The notes under the pieces: generated by a model
What the model was told of the DNA's origin: nothing
Database searches by the model: none
Seen by the model: only the letters and a program-made list of their open reading frames with translations
NCBI GenBank assembly: GCA_963804165.1
Contig: CAWDPO010000040.1
Span: 1 to 64,000, forward strand
Length of the DNA: 64,000 bases
From: an uncultured delta proteobacterium
GTDB lineage: Bacteria > Desulfobacterota > Binatia > UBA9968
Reading direction: 5' to 3'
Part shown: piece by piece, positions 43,424 through 54,408 of the stretch
Layout of the letters: every line of letters begins with the position of its first letter
Position numbering within the stretch: the first letter of the stretch is position 1
Made by a program: the position numbers and the translations under genes

Positions 43424-44887
43424 ATGGCTGAAACAAGATCACTGACTAAGGTTCCCGCCGGAGATATTCAACTCGTTCGCTACCTCATGAAGGCCGCGGA
43501 TGGTGACACGGCCTACCGTGATGTTTATCTGCAGCGCGCTGTTGAAAAGTTGGAGCGGTCAATCTCCAGAGCGGATTATGAGCAACTCAAAACGCACGGC
43601 GCGACGGTCGAGCAGCTCCTGCAGGAGACGCGTCGAGCGGTGTCACGGCAGAACTGGACCCGGGTGCAGGAACTGTCGACGCGAGTCTCTGCGCTGCGCA
43701 GCGGGGTTGAAGAAAGGCAATCCGACCTTCAGCTTGCCGAGGCGGTCTATGGAGCGCCGGAAGTGGTCGTGGATCCTTTTTCTCCGGGTCTTGACCTTTT
43801 GCTGGGAAGAACCGCTCAAGCCAACGCCGCGCTGCGCGACGAAGCGGTCGCCGCTCTGAGCGCATTAGAAAAAGCGGACCAAGACATGGCCTCCTTCTAT
43901 GCTGCCAGGCGCGGTCATGTCGCAAAGATAACGATAAGCGCAAGCGAGCCGTCCGCCAGCCCCTCAGCCAACGATGACGATGTCGGACGGCTGCAGCAGC
44001 GTGCCGCCGAAGCGGCCGAGAAGGGCAATGTAGATGAGCTGCAACGCATCGCACAAGAAATGCTCAAAGGTCGCCCCTCCGCAAAGTCCGCCGGTGCCGT
44101 CACCGACCAGAGGACAGCGGCTGAGCGACCAATCGCGTACCCACCTCAATTAGCCGAGCGTTTTCCCGCTGACGTGGTTGAGCGCGCACGCCGGTTCGGG
44201 CTTGCGGAGATGGATATGAAATTCCAGCTTCCCAGCCTTCCGCAGCTCGCACAAGAGACTTTCGAGCGGTATGGCTGGCGCCCATCTTTTCCGGCGGAGG
44301 TAGCGAGGGAAGGGGAACTCTATCTGCGGCCTTTACTAGAGCAGGCGAAGTTTCCCCAAGAAATCGTCGAGCCGCTGCTCGAAGCAGCCATGCTGTTTGC
44401 GCTTCATCCGTTCGTGAACAGCAGCGGCATCCGTTACTTCCCGCTGTTCCCCGATAGCGAAGCCGCGCTCGTCGAGGATTTCGCTGAAGACGCAGTGCCG
44501 CCGGAACCCTCTGAGTTGCTGCGCGCCCTCGGGCTTACGCGCCGTACTGGACTGTCGCGCGCCGAGATCGAAGTCCGCCTGGGACGGAACGGAGCAAAGC
44601 TGCTCAAAGAGGGGCTTGGCGTCGATCCGACGAAGTTCCGCCTCGTCTGTATCCCCTATGATGTTTATGCGCGTGCTGGGCAGGAGCGCCAATGGGGCCG
44701 GCAGCCAAGATGGACTCACGTGGATGGTTACCAACTTTTGAAAGGAGGGAGAATGCGGGCGCTGGTTGCCGGCGATGTCCGCTTTGGCGGTCTTTACGAC
44801 CTGTGCAGCATCAGTCAGTTCGACGGACGTGAAAACGTCTTGGCGCGCTTCGCGATTGTCCATCGCGAAAGGCTGATGGTGCGCTAA
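43424..44887 (+). CDS. Hypothetical protein, about 487 aa
   Basis: Long ORF between xfp and ackA; helical N-terminal half; no recognised motif. Confidence 0.8.
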   Translation: MAETRSLTKVPAGDIQLVRYLMKAADGDTAYRDVYLQRAVEKLERSISRADYEQLKTHGATVEQLLQETRRAVSRQNWTRVQELSTRVSALRSGVEERQSDLQLAEAVYGAPEVVVDPFSPGLDLLLGRTAQANAALRDEAVAALSALEKADQDMASFYAARRGHVAKITISASEPSASPSANDDDVGRLQQRAAEAAEKGNVDELQRIAQEMLKGRPSAKSAGAVTDQRTAAERPIAYPPQLAERFPADVVERARRFGLAEMDMKFQLPSLPQLAQETFERYGWRPSFPAEVAREGELYLRPLLEQAKFPQEIVEPLLEAAMLFALHPFVNSSGIRYFPLFPDSEAALVEDFAEDAVPPEPSELLRALGLTRRTGLSRAEIEVRLGRNGAKLLKEGLGVDPTKFRLVCIPYDVYARAGQERQWGRQPRWTHVDGYQLLKGGRMRALVAGDVRFGGLYDLCSISQFDGRENVLARFAIVHRERLMVR

Positions 44888-44906
44888 GCGCGGTGCGGCG
44901 GGAGTC

Positions 44907-46091
44907 ATGTCCGACGCGTTGCTCGTTCTGAATGCAGGTTCATCAAGCCTCAAATTTTCCGTCTTCCTCAATCAAGACCTACCGCAGCCGGTTGTGCGCG
45001 GCCAAATCGAGGGGCTGACCGGTCAGCCGCGGTTCGTTGCGCGCAATGACAGCGCTGTTATCTCACAAAAAGAATGGCCGCCGGAAACACAGCTCGGGCA
45101 CAGCGGCGCCATCGAGTTCCTTTTCACTTGGGGTCGCGGAGGTGCGCTAAGCGGACACCGCATCATCGCGGTGGGTCATCGCGTCGTCCACGGCGGAACA
45201 AAGTTCCATGCGCCCGTCCTCGTCAACCCGGAAACGTTGGCCGAGCTGGAAACTCTTAACCCGCTCGCTCCTTTGCACCAGCCGCACAATGTGGCTGCGA
45301 TTAGAGCGGTGGCGTTGATGGCGCCGAACCTGCCCCAAGTGGCCTGCTTCGATACCGCATTTCACCGCACCCAACCGGCGGTGGCGCAGGCTTTCGCGTT
45401 GCCGCGGCGCTATGCGGCAGAAGGGGTGCGGCGCTACGGATTTCACGGTCTGTCTTATGAATACATCGCCTCGGTGCTGCCAACGATCGACCGCCGCGGG
45501 GCTGAGGGCCGCACCGTCGTGGCGCATCTCGGCAACGGCGCGAGCATGTGCGCGCTGAGCGGCGGTCGGAGCGTCGCTACGACCATGAGCTTCACGGCGC
45601 TCGACGGGCTGGTGATGGGCACACGCTGCGGCGCCATCGACGCCGGCGTGCTGCTTTACCTGATCGATCGGCACGGTATGGACCCCCGCTCCCTGCAGGA
45701 ACTGCTTTACGAAGAATCGGGGTTGCTCGGAGTCTCAGGAATTTCCAGCGATATGCGCACGCTGCTGGCGAGTTCAGAGCCGACTGCCGCCGAGGCGATC
45801 GAACTATTCGTCTACCGCATCAAACGGGAGCTCGGCTCGCTCGCGGCAACTCTCGCCGGGCTCGACACAGTGGTGTTCACGGGTGGCGTCGGCGAAAACG
45901 CGGCTTCCATCCGTGCCCGCGTATGCGAGGACGCGAGTTGGCTTGGACTGGAACTCGATGAGGGCGCCAACGCATCGGGCGGTCCGTGCATCAGCCGCAA
46001 GGGAAGCCGCGTCTCGGCATGGGTGATACCTACGAATGAGGAATTAATGATTGCGCTGCATACGCGGCGCCTGCTCGGCTCGAGGATTTGA
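44907..46091 (+). CDS. ackA: Acetate kinase
   Basis: NAGSSSLK, GHRVVHGG, FDTAFH, HLGNGAS, PTNEE. Confidence 0.95.
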   Translation: MSDALLVLNAGSSSLKFSVFLNQDLPQPVVRGQIEGLTGQPRFVARNDSAVISQKEWPPETQLGHSGAIEFLFTWGRGGALSGHRIIAVGHRVVHGGTKFHAPVLVNPETLAELETLNPLAPLHQPHNVAAIRAVALMAPNLPQVACFDTAFHRTQPAVAQAFALPRRYAAEGVRRYGFHGLSYEYIASVLPTIDRRGAEGRTVVAHLGNGASMCALSGGRSVATTMSFTALDGLVMGTRCGAIDAGVLLYLIDRHGMDPRSLQELLYEESGLLGVSGISSDMRTLLASSEPTAAEAIELFVYRIKRELGSLAATLAGLDTVVFTGGVGENAASIRARVCEDASWLGLELDEGANASGGPCISRKGSRVSAWVIPTNEELMIALHTRRLLGSRI

Positions 46092-46128
46092 AACGATCGG
46101 GGCGCCGCGGCCACAGGATACCGAAACG

Positions 46129-48195
46129 ATGAATAACAAAATCGATGAATTGTGTGTTAACACCATCCGCACGCTGGCGATGGATGCGGTGCAGCAGGCC
46201 AACTCCGGCCATCCCGGGACGCCCATGGCGCTGGCACCAGTGGTCTATTGTCTGTGGCAGCGGGTTTTGCGCTTCGATCCGAACCATCCGATTTGGCCCA
46301 ACCGAGATCGATTTGTCTTGTCCGTTGGCCATGCATCCATGCTGCTGTACGCGATGCTTCACCTGACGGGTGTCAAAGCGGTTAACCCGAAGTACGAAAC
46401 GCTGGGGCATCTGTCGGTGGAGCTGGACGACATCAAGCGTTTTCGCCAGCTCGAAAGCAAATGCCCCGGGCATCCCGAATACCGATGGACGTCGGGTGTC
46501 GAGACCACCACGGGTCCCTTGGGACAGGGCGCGGCGACGAGCGTCGGCATGGCCATCGCCGAGCGCTGGCTGGCGAGCTATTTCAATCGGCCGGGATTCG
46601 AGCTGTTCGATTATGACGTTTACGCGTTGTGCGGCGACGGCTGCATGATGGAAGGAATCTCCGGCGAAGCCGCTTCGTTGGCCGGTCACCTGAAGCTCAG
46701 CAAACTCTGTTGGATCTACGACAACAACCACATCACCATCGAGGGAAACACGGCTTTGGCGTACAGCGATGACGTGGCGACGCGCTTCATCGGTTACGGC
46801 TGGAACGTCATGCGGGTGGGCGATGCCAACGATCTGGAGATGCTCGAGCGCGCTTTTAAGACGTTCAAAAATACCACGGACCGGCCGACGCTCATCATTG
46901 TCGATAGCCACATCGCATACGGCGCTCCCAACAAACAAGACACCAGCGCCGCCCACGGCGAACCCTTGGGCAAGGAAGAAATCAAGCTGGCGAAGCGCAA
47001 TTACGGCTGGCCGGAGGATGCGCAATTCCTCGTGCCCGACGATGTCCGCGCGCATTTCCGAGCCGGGATCGGCGCGCGCGGCCAGGTACTGCACGAGGCC
47101 TGGTGGAGTAAATTCGAAGCGTACAAGCGCGAGTATCCAGAGCTCGCCGATCATGGCTATCGCATGCTGCGCCGCGAGCTGCCGGAAGGCTGGGAAAGCG
47201 AGTTGCTCGTCTTTCCCCCCGACAGCAAGGGGATGGCAACCCGGGATGCGTCAGGCCTAGCGTTGAATGCAATTGCCCGGAAGGTGCCGTGGCTGCTTGG
47301 CGGCTCGGCTGATCTCGGCCCTTCGTGCAAAACTCGGCTGACCTTTTCGGGTGCCGGAGATTTTAACGCCGAGAATCCTGCAGGACGAAACTTCCACTTT
47401 GGGATCCGGGAGCACGCCATGGGCGCTGTTCTCAATGGTTTGTCCCTGTCGAAGATTAGACCCTTTGGATCGGGCTTCTTGGTTTTCAGTGACTATGGTC
47501 GCGCGGCGATCCGGTTGAGCGCCTTGATGGAAATTCCCGTGATTCACATCTTCACTCACGATTCCATCGGCGTGGGAGAAGACGGGCCGACGCATCAACC
47601 GGTAGAACATTTAACCTCGCTGCGCGCTATTCCCGGCTTGATCATTTTGCGGCCGGCGGATGCCAACGAGACCGTGGAAGCCTGGCGCGTGATCATGCAG
47701 TTCCGCCATGAGCCGGTGGCGCTGATTTTGACGCGGCAGGCGTTGCCGATTTTGGACCGTAACAAATACGCCGCCGCGCAAGGTGTCCGGCGCGGCGCGT
47801 ACGTTCTTGCGGATGCCGACGACGGCAAACCCGAAGTGCTGTTGCTTGCCAGCGGGAGTGAGGTGTCGCTCTGCATCCTTGCCTACGAAAAGCTCACAGC
47901 GGAGAACATCAGAGCGCGGGTCGTCAGCATGCCGTCCTGGGAAATTTTCGAAGAGTATTGCCACGAGCATCCCGAGTATCGGGAGCAAGTTTTGCCCGAG
48001 TCGGTGAACGCGCGGGTGTCTGTGGAGAAAGCATCGACCCTGGGTTGGGCGCGTTATGTCGGCCGGCTTGGCCAGAGCATCGGCATGGAGACATTCGGAG
48101 CGTCAGCGCCGCTGAAAGAATTGCAGAAGAGGTTCGGCTTTACGCCCGAGAACGTCATGCAGGCCGCCAAAGAACAGATCGCCAAAGCGAGGTGA
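46129..48195 (+). CDS. tkt: Transketolase
   Basis: SGHPG, TTGPLGQG, GDGCMMEG, GEDGPTHQP. Confidence 0.96.
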   Translation: MNNKIDELCVNTIRTLAMDAVQQANSGHPGTPMALAPVVYCLWQRVLRFDPNHPIWPNRDRFVLSVGHASMLLYAMLHLTGVKAVNPKYETLGHLSVELDDIKRFRQLESKCPGHPEYRWTSGVETTTGPLGQGAATSVGMAIAERWLASYFNRPGFELFDYDVYALCGDGCMMEGISGEAASLAGHLKLSKLCWIYDNNHITIEGNTALAYSDDVATRFIGYGWNVMRVGDANDLEMLERAFKTFKNTTDRPTLIIVDSHIAYGAPNKQDTSAAHGEPLGKEEIKLAKRNYGWPEDAQFLVPDDVRAHFRAGIGARGQVLHEAWWSKFEAYKREYPELADHGYRMLRRELPEGWESELLVFPPDSKGMATRDASGLALNAIARKVPWLLGGSADLGPSCKTRLTFSGAGDFNAENPAGRNFHFGIREHAMGAVLNGLSLSKIRPFGSGFLVFSDYGRAAIRLSALMEIPVIHIFTHDSIGVGEDGPTHQPVEHLTSLRAIPGLIILRPADANETVEAWRVIMQFRHEPVALILTRQALPILDRNKYAAAQGVRRGAYVLADADDGKPEVLLLASGSEVSLCILAYEKLTAENIRARVVSMPSWEIFEEYCHEHPEYREQVLPESVNARVSVEKASTLGWARYVGRLGQSIGMETFGASAPLKELQKRFGFTPENVMQAAKEQIAKAR

Positions 48196-48198
48196 AGT

Positions 48199-48788
48199 AT
48201 GCGCATTGCGATCGGCTCAGATCACGCGGTATTTGATTTGAAGGAAGAGGTGAAAGCCTTTTTGCTCGAAGAGAACCATGAAGTCCTTGACGTCGGCACC
48301 TACAGCAAGGCTCCCGTCGATTATCCCGACTATGCCGAAGCCGTTGCCACAGCCCTGCGCGAAAACCGCGCGGAGCGCGGCATCATTCTTTGCGGCAGCG
48401 GCGTGGGCGCGTCGATGGCGGCGAATCGGATTCCCGGTATTCGCGCCGGTCTCTGCCATGACACCTACTCCGCGCACCAGGGTGTGGAGCATGACGACAT
48501 GAACGTGCTCATGGTCCACGGGGATCAGAACGCTGGCGGCTTATCCAAGGCGCACCGAAACCGTCTCGACGCGGACGATTATTTTGCGCTGCTCGCTTAC
48601 GTGGAGATGAATGGTGCGCATGAGCGCGTGTTGCAGTCGATGCGCCACAGCGTGCGCGATGCCCAAGCCCGAGGAGATTTTTAGGTTCTCTTGGAGCGCG
48701 AGCGCCGCGCTTTGCGCGCTCATTTCGGCGCAGATGTCGCTGCCGGGCTCAAGACATTGCAAGCAACCATCATGGCGGCGTTGGAATA
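48199..48788 (+). pseudogene. rpiB: rpiB truncated after about 104 codons, fused to remnants of a transaldolase/PGI-fusion C-terminus
   Basis: GSDHA, CGSGVG and HDDMNVL, followed by [12 protein letters not shown]...QARGDF*VLLERERRALR. Confidence 0.75.
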
Positions 48789-48804
48789 ATGGAGTACTGG
48801 AACG

Positions 48805-48943
48805 GTTCCGAAAAACATACCAGTTTGTGCTGTACTCCAGGGCTCCGTGAACGGACCCAACGTAGGTGTTCTCGTTAGGTACAAGGGCGTGGAATCGGTT
48901 CAGTCATCGATATCCTGCTGTCAGTGGAAGAAGTAGAAGTCGA
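48805..48943 (+). pseudogene. Short degenerate copy of the MCE gene 5' region
   Basis: Aligns by eye with ~32164-32303 (GTGCTGTACT...GTACAAGGGCGTGGAA...GATATCCTGCTG...AAGTAGAAGTCGA). Confidence 0.75.
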
Positions 48944-49050
48944 AACGTGTCTAGCTGTGTCGCAGGATCCGAAATTCGAACCAATTCCAAGTTAGCAAAA
49001 ATAACAAGCATACTAACCCACCGCCGTGTGGAGCAGAGGACGAGACAGTA

Positions 49051-50616
49051 ATGAGCCGACACGCTGAATCCCCTGATGTGGCGCCCTTCCCCGAAGGTTA
49101 CCGCGCCTCGGGTTTGCTTCTGCACGTTACGTCGTTGCCGTCACCGTACGGGATTGGCGACGTGGGACCGGGTGCGGTCAAGTGGATCGATAAACTTTCT
49201 GAAGCAGGACAAAGCTGGTGGCAGGCGTTGCCGCTCGGGCCGACCGGGTACGGCGATTCTCCGTATCAGTCGTTATCGTCTTTCGCCGGCAATGGACTCC
49301 TGATCAGCCCCGACTGGCTCATCGAAGAGGAACTCCTGGAGGAAAGCGAATGCGCGCCGCCTTTGTTTCCTCCGGCGGCGGTGGATTATCCGGCGGTGAT
49401 CACGTTCAAGCGCCGATTGCTCGAGAGGGCCTGGGTCAATTTCCAGATTGTCCGCCGTTCGGATCTGCGCGTGGCCTTTGAACAATTCTGTCACGAGCAG
49501 GCGCATTGGCTTGAAGATTATGCGCTCTTTCGAGCCTTGAAAGAGAAGCATAACGGCGCCTGGTACGTGGATTGGCCGGCCGATCTGGTGCGGCGCGAGC
49601 CCGCAGCTTTGGACCGCGCGAGGCGCGAGCTGACGAGCGAAATCCAGCAGGTTTGCTTCGCTCAATTCCTACTGTTCCGTCAGGGCGAACGCCTCATGCG
49701 GCACGGTCGGGCAAGAGGTGTGCGTCTGATCGGCGACCTCCCTTTTTTCGTTTCTCCCGACTCCAGCGACGTCTGGGCCAACCCCGAGCTCTTCCTGCTC
49801 GACGAATATCGCCGTCCGACTTTTGTCGCGGGCGTGCCGCCTGATTACTTCAGCTCGCAGGGACAGCTTTGGGGGAACCCCGTCTACAACTGGGAAGTCT
49901 TGCGGCAGAGCGGCTATCGCTGGTGCATCGATCGCCTGCGTGCGCTTCTCGCTTTTGTCGATGTCATTCGTCTGGATCATTTTCGCGGGTTCGCAGCGGC
50001 GTGGCATGTGCCGGCCGGAGCAGCAACCGCCAAGACAGGTGAGTGGGTGCCGGGCCCCGGCGCGGATTTTTTTCATGCGGTAAAAAAAGAACTGGGCGGA
50101 CTACCATTTATCGCCGAGGATCTCGGTATCATCACACCGGACGTTTCCAAGCTCCGCGATGATTTCGAGATCCCCGGTACTCGCGTGCTTCAATTTGCTT
50201 TTGACGGTCACCCCGATAATCCATATCTTCCCGAAAATTTCATCCCGAACACAGTCGTCTACACCGGCACGCACGACAACCCCACGAGCCGGGAATGGTA
50301 CGAAGCGCTGCCCGAAGTCGAACGAAACAACCTGTGGCGTTATCTAAAGTCGCCGGAGCGTGAAGGCGCAAAGGTTTCATGGGAATTGCTGCGCGTCGCA
50401 TGGTCGTCGCTAGCTGCGATCGCCATCGCTCCTTTACAAGATTTGCTCAACCTCGGGGCCGAGGCGCGGATGAACATCCCCGGCCGCGCGGACGGCAACT
50501 GGAGGTGGCGGTGTACCGAAGAGATGTTGTCGGCTGCGAACTTTTACTCGCTGCGCGAGCTCACAAGAAGCTCAAAGCGCATAGGCATGCCGCAAATTCA
50601 TGACGAGCGAAAATAG
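49051..50616 (+). CDS. malQ: 4-alpha-glucanotransferase
   Basis: GVPPDYFS, RLDHFRG, IAEDLG, YTGTHDN. Confidence 0.95.
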   Translation: MSRHAESPDVAPFPEGYRASGLLLHVTSLPSPYGIGDVGPGAVKWIDKLSEAGQSWWQALPLGPTGYGDSPYQSLSSFAGNGLLISPDWLIEEELLEESECAPPLFPPAAVDYPAVITFKRRLLERAWVNFQIVRRSDLRVAFEQFCHEQAHWLEDYALFRALKEKHNGAWYVDWPADLVRREPAALDRARRELTSEIQQVCFAQFLLFRQGERLMRHGRARGVRLIGDLPFFVSPDSSDVWANPELFLLDEYRRPTFVAGVPPDYFSSQGQLWGNPVYNWEVLRQSGYRWCIDRLRALLAFVDVIRLDHFRGFAAAWHVPAGAATAKTGEWVPGPGADFFHAVKKELGGLPFIAEDLGIITPDVSKLRDDFEIPGTRVLQFAFDGHPDNPYLPENFIPNTVVYTGTHDNPTSREWYEALPEVERNNLWRYLKSPEREGAKVSWELLRVAWSSLAAIAIAPLQDLLNLGAEARMNIPGRADGNWRWRCTEEMLSAANFYSLRELTRSSKRIGMPQIHDERK

Positions 50617-51352
50617 CGGAGGCCGCGTCATGATCCCGAGCCCAATTGTTTTTTTAGTTGACGTTGACAATACGCTGCTGGATAACGACCGCGTCCAGAA
50701 CGACATCAAACGTTACCTCGATCGTGAGTTCGGAGTTGCCAGTCGTGAGCGGTACTGGGCGATTCTCGAACAACTGTTCACGGAGCTAGGCTACCGCGAT
50801 TATCTCGGCGCGCTGCAGCGTTTTCGCGTTGAGCACCCTCGAGATATTCACCTGCTGTCGATGTCGTCGTTTTTAGTCGACTACCCTTTCGCCAATCGCC
50901 TGTATCCCGGATCGCTCGACGTCCTTGAGCGGTTCCGCTCGTGGGGGCAGACGGTCATCCTTTCGGACGGCGACGTGGTTTTTCAACCGCGTAAAGTCGA
51001 ACGCTCGGGCATCTCTGAAGCTGTGGAAGGCAACGTGCTCATCTACATTCACAAAGAAGAGGCGCTGGATGACGTCGAGCGCCGTTACCCCGCTGAGCAC
51101 TATGTTCTCGTGGACGATAAGCTGCGCATCTTGACTGCGGTCAAGAGGGCATGGAGGTCGCGTGTAACCACGGTATTTGCATGTCAGGGCCAATATGCCC
51201 ATGACCGAAATACGATTGTCGCCTGCCCACCGGCGGACTTAACGGTAGAGCGCATCGGCGATTTACTTAGCTATGACATATCCGCTCTACTCGCGGGTCA
51301 ATCGCAAGTGTCTCAGGAGGTAACAGATGAAAGCAACCCAACTGCTTCATAA
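50600..51352 (+). CDS. HAD-superfamily hydrolase
   Basis: DVDNTL, LSDG and VDDK motifs. Confidence 0.85.
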   Translation: MTSENSGGRVMIPSPIVFLVDVDNTLLDNDRVQNDIKRYLDREFGVASRERYWAILEQLFTELGYRDYLGALQRFRVEHPRDIHLLSMSSFLVDYPFANRLYPGSLDVLERFRSWGQTVILSDGDVVFQPRKVERSGISEAVEGNVLIYIHKEEALDDVERRYPAEHYVLVDDKLRILTAVKRAWRSRVTTVFACQGQYAHDRNTIVACPPADLTVERIGDLLSYDISALLAGQSQVSQEVTDESNPTAS

Positions 51353-51689
51353 CCTGGGCCAGAGTCTCTGGCTCGATAACACTACACGTGATTTGGTCAA
51401 TAGCGGCACGCTCAAGCGTTATGTTGATGAGCTGTCGGTGACCGGGCTCACTTCGAATCCCACGAGCTCTGAACGATGTCCGAGGCAACGCGAAATCACT
51501 GACATCATGTCAGCCGATGGTGGAGATTGCGACACGGTATTGGATCAATTCGCGACGGCCGGCATTGACGTCTATATGAGTTGGCCGCAAAGCTGCAGGA
51601 CGAAGGCGCCAAATTGTTCGTCAATTCGTGGAACGAACTGATGGATGTGATCGCCTCAAAGACCTCCAAGCTCGCGAAAGCGAGTTGAT
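51327..51689 (+). pseudogene. tal: Transaldolase remnant with large internal deletion
   Basis: GQSLWLDN...GLTSNPT joined to the C-terminal KLQDEGAKLFVNSWNEL segment. Confidence 0.8.
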
Positions 51690-51717
51690 GGGATGCTAGT
51701 GACTTAAGGAGCAGAAA

Positions 51718-53361
51718 ATGGCAAAACCAACGATACCGCTCTCGCACCGCCCGGCGTGGAATGACCTCGCGGCGCATTATCAAAAAGTGCGCGACCAGCA
51801 TTTGCGAAAGCTCTTCGCCGATGATGCTAAACGCGGCGAACGTATGACGGCCGAGGCGGTCGGCCTGTACCTGGATTACTCGAAGAATCGCATCACAGAC
51901 GAAACCCTCCAGCTCCTCCTGCGACTCGCGAATGAATCTGGCCTGCGCGCGCGCATCGATGCCATGTTCCGCGGGGAAAAGATCAACATCACCGAGAACA
52001 GAGCCGTTTTGCATGTGGCTTTGCGCGCGCCGCGGGGCGCATCAATCGTTGTTGATGGCGAGAACGTCGTGCCCCGGGTCCACGCTGTGCTCGACAAGAT
52101 GGCGGACTTCTCCAAGCGCGTGCGCAGCGGCGCATGGAAAGGGCAGACCGGAAAACCGATTCGCAACGTCGTCAATATCGGCATCGGTGGCTCCGACCTG
52201 GGCCCGGTGATGGCCTACGAAGCGCTGAAGTATTACAGCCAACGGGCCCTGACCTTTCGCTTCGTATCCAACGTTGACGGGACAGACTTTGCGGAAGCGG
52301 TCCGTGATCTCGATGCGGCAGAGACGCTCTTCATTATCTCCTCGAAGACTTTTACGACCCTGGAGACAATGACGAACGCCCACACGGCGCGCGACTGGTC
52401 GCTCCGTGCTTTGGGCAGCGACCCAAAATCGGTGGCCAAGCATTTCGTCGCAGTATCGACCAACGCCGAAGAGGTCGCCGGGTTCGGCATCGATACCGCG
52501 AACATGTTCGAGTTTTGGGACTGGGTTGGCGGCCGCTATTCCATGGAGTCAGCGATCGGCTTGTCCACGATGATCGCTATTGGTCCGCAACATTTTCGCG
52601 ACATGTTGGACGGCTTCCATCAGATGGACGAACACTTCCGGACTGCGCCCTTCGAGCGCAACTTGCCGGTGCTCATGGGGCTCTTAGCAGTGTGGAACAA
52701 CGATTTCCTCGGCGCGGAAACCATGGCGGTCCTACCCTACGACCAGTACCTGAAGCGCTTCCCGGCCTATCTCCAGCAATTAACGATGGAGAGCAACGGT
52801 AAGCGGGTGACGATCGACGGCGATGACGTCCGGTGCGCTACCAGTCCCGTCTATTGGGGCGAACCCGGAACCAACGGCCAGCATTCCTTTTATCAGCTGA
52901 TTCATCAGGGCACGAGATTGATTCCGTGCGATTTTATCGCGTTCACCAAAACACTCAAGCCGCTCGGCCGCCACCACGATATCCTGATCGCCAATGTGTT
53001 TGCTCAAACCGAAGCGCTCGCATTCGGGAAAATCGCCGAGGAGGTCAAAGCTGAAGGCACGCCGGAGTGGCTCGTGCCCCATCGAGTTTTCGAAGGGAAC
53101 CGTCCATCGAATACCATTTTGGCCGATCGTCTCACTCCCGAGAGCCTCGGCAGGCTCGTGGCTCTGTACGAACACTCCGTGTTTACGCAAGGGGTGATCT
53201 GGAACATCAACTCCTTTGACCAGTGGGGCGTCGAGCTGGGAAAAGTCTTGGCTCAGCGCATTATCCCGGAGCTCGAGAGCAAGGCCGAGCCGGCTCTGAA
53301 CCACGACAGTTCGACAAACACTCTAATCCGGCGTTACCGAAGATTTAAGGAGGGGTCATGA
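51718..53361 (+). CDS. pgi: Glucose-6-phosphate isomerase
   Basis: [29 protein letters not shown]. Confidence 0.96.
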   Translation: MAKPTIPLSHRPAWNDLAAHYQKVRDQHLRKLFADDAKRGERMTAEAVGLYLDYSKNRITDETLQLLLRLANESGLRARIDAMFRGEKINITENRAVLHVALRAPRGASIVVDGENVVPRVHAVLDKMADFSKRVRSGAWKGQTGKPIRNVVNIGIGGSDLGPVMAYEALKYYSQRALTFRFVSNVDGTDFAEAVRDLDAAETLFIISSKTFTTLETMTNAHTARDWSLRALGSDPKSVAKHFVAVSTNAEEVAGFGIDTANMFEFWDWVGGRYSMESAIGLSTMIAIGPQHFRDMLDGFHQMDEHFRTAPFERNLPVLMGLLAVWNNDFLGAETMAVLPYDQYLKRFPAYLQQLTMESNGKRVTIDGDDVRCATSPVYWGEPGTNGQHSFYQLIHQGTRLIPCDFIAFTKTLKPLGRHHDILIANVFAQTEALAFGKIAEEVKAEGTPEWLVPHRVFEGNRPSNTILADRLTPESLGRLVALYEHSVFTQGVIWNINSFDQWGVELGKVLAQRIIPELESKAEPALNHDSSTNTLIRRYRRFKEGS

Positions 53362-54260
53362 AAACTACTGGCATCAATGAGAATCAGTTTCAAAAAATCA
53401 AAACACAGCCGGGTTTCATTGCGGCGCTCGATCAGAGCGGCGGCAGCACGCCTGGCGCGCTGAAAGCTTACGGGATCGAGGAGTATGCGTGGTCCAACGA
53501 AGAAGAAATGCTTCGGCTCGTCCATCAGATGCGGACGCGCATCATCACGAGCCCGAGCTTCACCGGCGATCGCATTCTCGGCGCGATCCTGTTCGAGAAT
53601 ACGATGGATAGAGACATCGAAGGGCAGCCCACGGCGGATTATCTCTGGAACGTCAAACGCGTTGTGCCGTTCCTCAAAATAGATAAAGGACTGGCAGCGG
53701 AGAAAGACGGTGTTCAGTTGATGAAGCCGATGCCTGATCTTCCAGCGCTGCTCGAGAAGGCTAAAGCGAAGCGCATCTTTGGAACCAAGATGCGATCGTT
53801 CATCAAACAATGCAACGGATTCGGTATCAAGGACATAGTGAGCCAGCAGTTCGAAGCCGCGCGCCAGATCATCGACGCCGGCCTCGTGCCGATCATCGAG
53901 CCCGAAGTGGATATTTATTGCCCGCTGAAAGGCAAGGCGGAAGAGTTGTTACAAGCGGAGATGATTAAGAACCTCAACGAACTCCCGGCGGGTGCGTGGG
54001 TCATGCTCAAGATCACGCTGCCGGATCGAGACGATTTCTATGCCGATTGCATCAACCATCCCAATGTGTTGAGGGTCGTTGCTCTGTCCGGCGGTTACAC
54101 GCGGGAACAAGCCAACGAAAAGCTGCGGCGGAATCATGGAATCGTGGCGAGCTTTTCGCGCGCCCTGGTCGAAGGCTTGTCGGCCCAGCAATCCGATGCC
54201 GAGTTCAACGCGGACCTCGATCGCTCTGTGCAAAGTATCTATGAGGCGTCGAACACCTGA
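53358..54260 (+). CDS. fda: Class I fructose-bisphosphate aldolase (bacterial Fda type)
   Basis: [32 protein letters not shown]. Confidence 0.92.
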   Translation: MKTTGINENQFQKIKTQPGFIAALDQSGGSTPGALKAYGIEEYAWSNEEEMLRLVHQMRTRIITSPSFTGDRILGAILFENTMDRDIEGQPTADYLWNVKRVVPFLKIDKGLAAEKDGVQLMKPMPDLPALLEKAKAKRIFGTKMRSFIKQCNGFGIKDIVSQQFEAARQIIDAGLVPIIEPEVDIYCPLKGKAEELLQAEMIKNLNELPAGAWVMLKITLPDRDDFYADCINHPNVLRVVALSGGYTREQANEKLRRNHGIVASFSRALVEGLSAQQSDAEFNADLDRSVQSIYEASNT

Positions 54261-54408
54261 GCAAAAGCAATACTAATCGTAAGCGGGGAGGTTCAGTTCG
54301 CCCGAGCCGTACCGAAAATGATTCGATCGCATCGGGGGTGAACTTGACGTTGCCCTGGAAGCGCATGAGAAACTCAGCGCGGAGGACATTCGATCACGCA
54401 TTACATCG

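Noticed and set aside
46030-47154. Long antisense ORFs (e.g. 46030..47154, 24565..25602, 37626..38369, 42500..43216)
   Set aside because: Shadow frames of well-supported genes in GC-rich DNA, with no motifs.
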